A stretch of DNA of 58,962 nt, from NCBI GenBank assembly GCA_964396455.1, contig CAYNFG010000003.1, forward strand, positions 1 through 58,962, in the 5' to 3' direction. The notes under the pieces were generated by a model. The model was not told the DNA's origin. It searched no databases and saw only the letters and a list, made by a program, of their open reading frames with translations. The position numbers and the translations under genes were made by a program. This document shows, in pieces, positions 53,249 through 58,962 of the stretch (within the stretch, counting starts at the first letter, position 1; each line of letters opens with the position of its first letter). The stretch comes from an uncultured Nitrososphaeria archaeon. GTDB lineage: Archaea > Thermoproteota > Nitrososphaeria_A > Caldarchaeales > Wolframiiraptoraceae.

Positions 53249-53262
53249 ATACTGATCAGTAT
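53249..53262. promoter_or_regulatory. Perfect 14-bp palindrome ATACTGATCAGTAT overlapping the start codon of the second AbrB-PhoU-like gene
   Basis: The sequence is its own reverse complement. It sits where a TSS would be expected, about 25 nt downstream of the ataagtatta TATA-like box, so it is an operator-like candidate. Confidence 0.35.
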
Positions 53263-54226
53263 GGGGATCGGAAGGCAGCAGAACAGGCTCTTGAGAAGCG
53301 TTATGAAGAGCGGCGGATCTCTTGTTATAAGCCTCCCGAAAAGCTGGGTTGAGGCTGTAAAGCTTGAAGATGGAGATTATGTGGTAGTCGAGATAGCGGG
53401 AAGCTCCCTCATAATCTCACCGACGGAAGTCGAGGAGACGAGCGAGGTTAAGCTTAAGCTCGAATCAGATATAGGATCGCTCGTAGACAAGATAGTTGCG
53501 GCATATCTAATGGGCTACGACTCGATACACATAACGTTCCCTCCAGGGGTGAAGGAGCCTATCGAGAGGGAGCTATTCTTTCTGAAGGAGAAGCTGATGG
53601 GGCTAGAGATAATAGAATCGGCCTCCTCCTCGATAAGCCTGAGGATGATAATTAATCCGATGGATCTTAAGCCTCTAGAAGTAATCAGGAGAATGTGGAA
53701 GCTCTCAGACGATATGCTCCGCTATTCGTTAAAGTCTATCTGCGGAGGAGAATTGGAGCTTCCGGGATTGCTGGAGAAGACCGAGGACGATATGGATAGG
53801 CTATACTTCTACATGGTGAGAGTTCTTAGGAAGAGCCTCGCAAACCCTGCGCTAGCAGCCCTCCTAAAGCTCTCGAACGTCGAGATCCTAGACTATAGGC
53901 TTGCAGCATACTTCCTAGAGAATATAGCGGATAAGGCATTCGAGATAGCCGGCCTCACAGAATTTAGAAAAGAGTTTTCTGGAAGAGACCTCGATATCGT
54001 GGAAGCCTCGAGGATCCTGCTTGAGAATCATAAGCTTTCGATGGATGCGTTCTTGAATAGGAGGCTTGAAGCCGCCCCGCAGATAAAGAAGAATCTGGAG
54101 AGATTAACTAAGCTTCTGACCCCGCCTAAGCTGAAGGGCGGCCAGCTTAAAATCAGAGATGCTCTTCTCAGCATAGCCGATATGCAGTATGATATCGCAA
54201 GCCTAACTCTACCGCGTCTAGCCTAG
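53261..54226 (+). CDS. AbrB/SpoVT-domain plus PhoU-like domain regulator (second paralogue)
   Basis: GGSLVISLPKSWVEAVKLEDGDYVVVEIAGSSLIISP (SpoVT/AbrB) with the same three-part architecture and similar length as 46793..47848. Confidence 0.65.
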   Translation: MGIGRQQNRLLRSVMKSGGSLVISLPKSWVEAVKLEDGDYVVVEIAGSSLIISPTEVEETSEVKLKLESDIGSLVDKIVAAYLMGYDSIHITFPPGVKEPIERELFFLKEKLMGLEIIESASSSISLRMIINPMDLKPLEVIRRMWKLSDDMLRYSLKSICGGELELPGLLEKTEDDMDRLYFYMVRVLRKSLANPALAALLKLSNVEILDYRLAAYFLENIADKAFEIAGLTEFRKEFSGRDLDIVEASRILLENHKLSMDAFLNRRLEAAPQIKKNLERLTKLLTPPKLKGGQLKIRDALLSIADMQYDIASLTLPRLA

Positions 54227-55491
54227 CCGCCATAGCCTTTGAGGAAGCCCGCAACCCCATCAAAGGCGTTCTTCAGCATCGCGCCCTCCTCATGCTCCGA
54301 CGATATTAGCTCAACCCTAGTCCCCACCTTCTCCGCCTCCTCGATAAAGAAGTCTACGAGAAGCTTCTCCTCCTCAACCTGAAGAGCCTTCTGACCGCAT
54401 TTCTCGCATGGCTTTGCCAGAATCTCTGGAAGCTTCGAGACCTTCTCCTCCTCATCCATGGTATACTCGCTTTCGGCTCCACAATTGCTACACCTAATCC
54501 TAATCCGGTATTTCTCAAGATCCTCTGATAGGAGTAGGGTTTCGAGCATCCCGCTTCTAAGCGCTCTCAAAACCTCCTTCTCGCCGTAAACTGCTCGCGA
54601 ATTCTCCTTGGTAATCTCATTCATTAACCTCCTGATAAGCCTCTGCTCCTCAACCATCCTAAGCTCTTTCAGGAAGTTTTCAGCCTTCCTAATCGCCTCC
54701 CTAACACCCTCCTCGCCCGAATACGATGTATCGACTATGTGGATCTTATCCCTAAGCGTATAATGGAGGTAGTCTTTCTCGACGAAAACCTCCTTAGTCG
54801 GCCCCGGGCCAGCGACTATAACCCCCTTGATCTCGGGATACTTGAGGAATATTTCGTTTGCATGGGCTGCAACCCTCTTATAATACTCGTTCAGATTCAT
54901 CTCTCGCAGTCTCTCGAATCTTCTAGCGGACTGGCCTCCAGCGTGATGCTTTCCGGGGACGCCCGAGGTGAAGGTCTTCAGCTCGACTATCCTCCTACCC
55001 CTTATGACGGCTACGGCTGCCTCCTCATTATCTATGACTAAGACTCCGTAGACGTCCTTCTCCTTTAATAGCTCCTTTAATGGCTCTAGGTAGAATTTGC
55101 TATCGCAGCGGTAGAGGAGGAGGTTTATCGGCTCGGGCGGGATTACGTGATAGACCTCGATCTTCTCGCTTCCAGCTCCGCCATTCTGAGGTATTGCTCC
55201 GCTGAAGATTACAAGCCCTGTTGGCCCAGCTCTGTCGAAGAGCTTAAGCCTCTGAATTGCGCTCTCGATAGCATCCTGAACATTCTTTCTAGTGCTCTTG
55301 GACTTTATGTTAGCAGCCGTGGAATACTCCTGCCTAAGATAGCCTATGATATCGGAGATAGGCTTATTCGGTGGGATGTAGAGCGAGATAAGCTCGGTCC
55401 CCCTACCCTCCTTCGACTCAAGCTCCTTAATCAGCTTCTTAAACCTGTAGAGAGTTACAGAGTCCTTTCTATCGAGCTTTAGATTACGCAT
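54223..55491 (-). CDS. prf1: Peptide chain release factor aRF1 (eRF1 homologue)
   Basis: NIKS decoding motif (TAANIKSKSTRKNV), GGQ motif (HHAGGQSARRFERL), GTELISLYIPP, and a CxxC...CxxC zinc-ribbon insert in the C-domain. Confidence 0.9.
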   Translation of the reverse strand: MRNLKLDRKDSVTLYRFKKLIKELESKEGRGTELISLYIPPNKPISDIIGYLRQEYSTAANIKSKSTRKNVQDAIESAIQRLKLFDRAGPTGLVIFSGAIPQNGGAGSEKIEVYHVIPPEPINLLLYRCDSKFYLEPLKELLKEKDVYGVLVIDNEEAAVAVIRGRRIVELKTFTSGVPGKHHAGGQSARRFERLREMNLNEYYKRVAAHANEIFLKYPEIKGVIVAGPGPTKEVFVEKDYLHYTLRDKIHIVDTSYSGEEGVREAIRKAENFLKELRMVEEQRLIRRLMNEITKENSRAVYGEKEVLRALRSGMLETLLLSEDLEKYRIRIRCSNCGAESEYTMDEEEKVSKLPEILAKPCEKCGQKALQVEEEKLLVDFFIEEAEKVGTRVELISSEHEEGAMLKNAFDGVAGFLKGYGG

Positions 55492-55629
55492 AGAGAATCA
55501 CCCCTAACCATGATGATAGTCAAAAGCCCAGTATTCCGAGGATGCTCCAAGTCGTAGGCAATTCTCGTCTAGAAAGCATCGAAGGCTGATTAAAATATGT
55601 TTATCGCGTGGAAGAATCCCCGGCGCAAG

Positions 55630-56202
55630 TTAATCCGCTTCAAGAAATTCTAAGAGCCTCTCGATCTCGCCGGACTCCTCGAGCTCAGCTATCCAATCGA
55701 TCCTCTCATCTAGGGATTTCAGCTTTCTTTCTCTCAGCTTCTCGGCCACGGCTTTGGCGAGAGCATTAAGGTCTCTATCGGTAGCATCTAGCTGGATCAC
55801 CCTTCTTTTCCCAAATTTCTGAATGGCCTCGATTAAGGGCTGATCGACAAGCTCCGCGGAGACGTTCTCCTGAATCTTCTTTCTCGGATACCTTCTCTCC
55901 ATGAGTGTTTGGATCAGCTTCGTAGGCTTCATCCTCAAGACTATCGCGGCTCTCACCTCAACCCCGCGAGGCTTAAATGCGTAGATCGATGCCACGACCC
56001 CTCCACACTCCTTCAATATGCTCCCGACGGCGATCGAGACCCTCCTCATATCCACGATATAAGCCTGGGCTTCCGGATCATATGCCGTGTAAAGCCTCCT
56101 ATCCCTAACCAGCTCCGGGACGTCTATAAACGCTAGATCGAGAGCCTCGGCTAAACGCTTGCCAAAGCTCGTCTTGCCCACGCCTGCAACCCCAAGAACC
56201 AT
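55630..56202 (-). CDS. Fap7 / adenylate kinase 6-like P-loop NTPase
   Basis: P-loop MVLGVAGVGKTSFGKRLAE, then VLRMKPTKLIQTLMERRYPRKKIQENVSAELVD, parallels the Fap7/AK6 pattern (VLR..P..L..RL..RGY...K..eN...E). I moved the start to the ATG at 56202. Confidence 0.55.
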   Translation of the reverse strand: MVLGVAGVGKTSFGKRLAEALDLAFIDVPELVRDRRLYTAYDPEAQAYIVDMRRVSIAVGSILKECGGVVASIYAFKPRGVEVRAAIVLRMKPTKLIQTLMERRYPRKKIQENVSAELVDQPLIEAIQKFGKRRVIQLDATDRDLNALAKAVAEKLRERKLKSLDERIDWIAELEESGEIERLLEFLEAD

Positions 56203-56292
56203 TATCGCGAAGGATATGCTCCCGCCTCTAAGCTGATATACGCATGGTGGAGGGCTTAAATCTTTGCCGAGGCATCTCAAAAACGTGAAAAC

Positions 56293-57291
56293 ATGCCAGA
56301 ACTTAGAATAGATCCGCTTACGGGCAGGCTAATATCCTACGCCCCGGAGAGAGCTAAAAGACCTCACGAACTAGGAGAATATACTCCAAAGCTAATCGAT
56401 GATCCTAGCAGCTGCCCATTCTGCCCGGGTAGAGAAGAGGTTCTCGCGCCAGCAAGCCTAGTCCTAGTGAAGACGGGTATAGGCGTAAAATTCGAGAAAG
56501 AGGATGAGGATGAGCGGAAGAAAAATTGGCTCGTAAAATGCATCCCAAACCTATACCCGGTCTTCTCGAAAAAGGATGTATTCAGGCTGGATGGCGGGTC
56601 GAGGAATACGCCAGGCTATCATGAGGTTATGATAGATACGCCAATCCATGATGGAGATCCATGGAAGCTAACCCTAGACCAGCTCCAGCTAATACTATTA
56701 ACGATTAGGGAGCGGCTTAGAGAGCTTGAAAGAGATCAAAACATAACCTATGCATGCTATGGGAAAAACCAGGGACCATACGCTGGCGGATCGCTTAGAC
56801 ATCCCCATAGCCATATCTTCGCATCCTCAATTACCCCGCCGCTCCTGAAGAGGGAGGCTGAGAAGCTTAGAGGCGAAGGCTGCCTACTATGCAGATATGT
56901 GGATGAGGAGCTGGCAGGCCCAAGAGCGATACTATCCACGAGAAGCTTCTCGGCGATATGCCCTTGGGCCAGTAGAGAGCCGTATGAGGTCATGATATTC
57001 CCGAAGAATCATCTGAGGAGGTTCGCCGACCTAGGAGACTCGGAGCTGCTAGAGCTTTCGAGCATGCTTTCAACAATCTTCAAAGCATTCAAGAAGCTTT
57101 TGGAAGAGCCATCCTTCAACCTCGTAATCCATACCAAGCCGAAGGATGTGGAAGACTTCCACTGGCATATAGAGATAGTTCCGAGAATCCTGATGCCTAT
57201 GGTGGCCGAAATAGGCTTAGGAGTATACGTGAATACGATGTTACCGGAGAAGGCGGCCGAAGAGCTTAGAGAAGCGATAAAGCAGCTATGA
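56293..57291 (+). CDS. galT: Galactose-1-phosphate uridylyltransferase-like (GalT branch of the HIT superfamily)
   Basis: RIDPLTGRLISYAPERAKRP, the Zn site CPFCPG, NLYPVF and the nucleotidyl-His motif LRHPHSHIF. It has the two-half-barrel length of about 330 aa. Confidence 0.75.
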   Translation: MPELRIDPLTGRLISYAPERAKRPHELGEYTPKLIDDPSSCPFCPGREEVLAPASLVLVKTGIGVKFEKEDEDERKKNWLVKCIPNLYPVFSKKDVFRLDGGSRNTPGYHEVMIDTPIHDGDPWKLTLDQLQLILLTIRERLRELERDQNITYACYGKNQGPYAGGSLRHPHSHIFASSITPPLLKREAEKLRGEGCLLCRYVDEELAGPRAILSTRSFSAICPWASREPYEVMIFPKNHLRRFADLGDSELLELSSMLSTIFKAFKKLLEEPSFNLVIHTKPKDVEDFHWHIEIVPRILMPMVAEIGLGVYVNTMLPEKAAEELREAIKQL

Positions 57292-58391
57292 GCCTGAAGA
57301 TATGTAAGCATTTCAAGATCTGCGGAGGATGCACCTACCTCGATAAACCCTATGAGGAACAGCTCGAAGAAAAAGCGTCGGCAGCCGAAAGAATCCTCGA
57401 GGCTAAGGCTGATGAGATCCACCCCTCGCCAAAACAATACTACTATAGGAATAGGATGGACTTCGTAGTAGGAGAAGGCCCTATAATCGGCCTCAACAAG
57501 CGGGGGAGCTGGAGCGAGACAGTAGACCTCGAGGAATGCCTTCTACAATCCCCGGAGTCCGACGCCATACGAAGCGTAGTTAAAGAACATCTTAGAAGGC
57601 ACGGGATATCCGGATGGAATAGGGCCGAGAAAGCTGGTCAGGTCAGATTCCTAACGATAATAGAGGGGAAATTCACCGGCGAGCGGATGATATTCATAGT
57701 AGCATACGAAGACGAGAGGCTAAAGCTCCCAGAGCTGGCGGAAGCGCTCGAGGCGAATAAGATATCCTTCAAAAGCCTAGTCCTCGGCATCAATAAAGGA
57801 GTTAGAGACGACGCGAGAGCAGAAGAACTAAGAATCGTAAAGGGATCAGAGACGATACTCGAAAGGATAGGCGAATTCGCATACCTACTACATCCAAACG
57901 TCTTCTTCCAGCCAAACCCATACGTTCTTAGAAAGATGATAGAGGTCTCGCTAAGCTTCCTAGGGCTTAGAGGAGGAGAAGAAGTCTTAGAACTCTTCTC
58001 AGGATCCGGAACATTTACGATACCCATAGCGTTAAAAGGGCATGCGAGGATAACTGCGGTCGAAGCCGATCCAAACGCCGTAGAGATCGCAAGAAGAAAT
58101 CTAAGACTTAACAAGGTGAAAAACGTCGAGCTGATAAACGAGAGAGCGGAGCGGGTCTCCCTAAAATACGACTACATCATAGTCGATCCGCCGAGCTCGG
58201 GGCTAAGCTATAAGCTCGTCAAAAGGCTTAGAAAAGCCAGCCCGAAGAAGCTTCTCTACATCTCATGCAACCCAAAAACCTTGGCGAGAGACATAAAGCA
58301 GCTAGGATACCGGATCGAGCAGCTAGCATTAATAGACCAATTCCCCCAAACGCCACATATAGAGGCTATAACGCTTCTCAAGAAACCTTAG
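57288..58391 (+). CDS. RNA (uracil-C5)-methyltransferase, TrmA/RumA family, Fe-S type, no TRAM domain
   Basis: N-terminal CKHFKICGGC plus a later Cys (RumA-like 4Fe-4S ligands), SAM motif LELFSGSGTF, VDPPSSG, YISCNPKTLARD (catalytic Cys) and DQFPQTPHIE. ATGA overlap with galT. Confidence 0.85.
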   Translation: MSLKICKHFKICGGCTYLDKPYEEQLEEKASAAERILEAKADEIHPSPKQYYYRNRMDFVVGEGPIIGLNKRGSWSETVDLEECLLQSPESDAIRSVVKEHLRRHGISGWNRAEKAGQVRFLTIIEGKFTGERMIFIVAYEDERLKLPELAEALEANKISFKSLVLGINKGVRDDARAEELRIVKGSETILERIGEFAYLLHPNVFFQPNPYVLRKMIEVSLSFLGLRGGEEVLELFSGSGTFTIPIALKGHARITAVEADPNAVEIARRNLRLNKVKNVELINERAERVSLKYDYIIVDPPSSGLSYKLVKRLRKASPKKLLYISCNPKTLARDIKQLGYRIEQLALIDQFPQTPHIEAITLLKKP

Positions 58392-58559
58392 CCGGCTCAG
58401 CCGAGAGGAGGTTCGCTCATCGACAAAAAGTCTCAGCCGCGACGTTCATTCCTCATCGCCTCTAGCCGCATTAAATCCTCAGCCAAACCCATCTAAATAT
58501 CTTAACATGATAGGCGAAAAAGTTTAAGCGAGGGCTGATTTTCAGAGAACTTGATAGAA

Positions 58560-58647
58560 GCGGGGGTAGCCAAGCCTGGTCAAAGGCGCAGGGCTTAGGA
58601 CCCTGTCCCGTAGGGGTTCGTGGGTTCAAATCCCACCCCCCGCACCA
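58560..58647 (+). tRNA. tRNA-Leu: tRNA-Leu (UAG), class II long variable arm, CCA encoded
   Basis: Hand fold: acceptor GCGGGGG/CCCCCGC, D arm GCC-AAGCCUGGUCAAA-GGC, anticodon stem CAGGG/CCCUG with loop CU-UAG-GA, variable arm UCCCGUAGGGGUUC, T arm GUGGG-UUCAAAU-CCCAC, discriminator A, CCA. Confidence 0.9.
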
Positions 58648-58761
58648 CCAAAGACTTCGCCCTATTTTGCCCGATAAGACGCTTTTACTAGACTTCGCTG
58701 GAACATCTACTATCTTGCGTAGATTTCAAAGTCTTAAACCAAGAACGGTAATTCTCCTACA

Positions 58762-58962
58762 TCAGCCCAGCTTTAATGAACCTGCTTCTTTCTTCCTAGA
58801 TTTGGAATACCAGTTAATGAAAATTATCCAATACAGGAATAGCAATGCGATAATGCTAATCCAGTATGGTTCTTCGAAAACGGGTTTCGGTAACATATTG
58901 AGATATGCTATCACACTTACTGTCACTATTACCGAAAATATGCAAACGATAACTTTCCGCAG
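58762..58962 (-). CDS. 3' end of a membrane-protein ORF running off the window (5' end outside)
   Basis: The minus-strand frame is open from 58962 to the TGA at 58764..58762: LRKVIVCIFSVIVTVSVIAYLNMLPKPVFEEPYWISIIALLFLYWIIFINWYSKSRKKEAGSLKLG. It has two hydrophobic helices, and the region is markedly A+T-rich. Confidence 0.3.
   Translation of the reverse strand: MRKVIVCIFSVIVTVSVIAYLNMLPKPVFEEPYWISIIALLFLYWIIFINWYSKSRKKEAGSLKLG

Noticed and set aside
55510-55589. C-box-like AUGAUGA followed 70 nt later by CUGA in the 138-nt spacer upstream of prf1
   Set aside because: No canonical D'/C' boxes are present (CAGU and GAGGAUG instead), and the 12-nt spacing rule fails on the D side. At about 80 nt it is also longer than typical archaeal C/D sRNAs. 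The spacer is more simply the prf1 promoter plus a long 5' UTR. It is only worth checking if small-RNA data exist.
1-58962. Search for CRISPR arrays, cas genes, transposases or IS elements, integrases, toxin-antitoxin pairs and known defence systems
   Set aside because: I saw no repeat-spacer array, no DDE/HUH/tyrosine-recombinase-like ORFs and no recognisable defence genes in any of the translated ORFs. The window is dominated by translation, replication/repair and central-metabolism genes.

Overview
Dense, mostly housekeeping archaeal chromosome segment. The evidence is the archaea/eukaryote-specific ribosomal proteins S4e, S30e, L19e and L32e, plus Nop5, aRF1, family-B DNA polymerases and A/T-rich TATA-like boxes about 25-30 nt upstream of starts. 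Roughly 50% GC by eye, and AGG/AGA/ATA-rich codon usage typical of a thermophile. A TACK or Korarchaeota-like origin is only a guess. I support about 63 protein genes, two tRNAs (an intron-containing tRNA-Asn and tRNA-Leu) and one strong C/D-box sRNA candidate. All protein calls come from motif recognition in the supplied translations; no database search was run. I saw no CRISPR array, transposase, integrase or recognisable defence system. Main items for a second look: (1) the conserved spc ribosomal cluster is broken, with the S8-to-S5 block inverted in place and non-ribosomal genes inserted; (2) a signal-peptide/coiled-coil/TM protein carries a cytoplasmic AbrB/SpoVT domain and sits next to three radical-SAM genes; (3) a replication neighbourhood holds two PolB paralogues, one with all three exonuclease motifs degenerate but its polymerase motifs intact, plus a DHH/RecJ-like protein, bracketed by two AbrB-PhoU-like regulators; (4) an unannotated 49-nt C/D-box sRNA lies beside a GlcD plus radical-SAM/SPASM plus Zn-ribbon gene set; (5) an EVE/PUA-like putative modified-base reader is transcribed divergently from an m5C RNA methyltransferase plus Nip7-like PUA pair, next to the tRNA-Asn. 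Several ORF-track starts look over-extended, and I give alternative starts for them.
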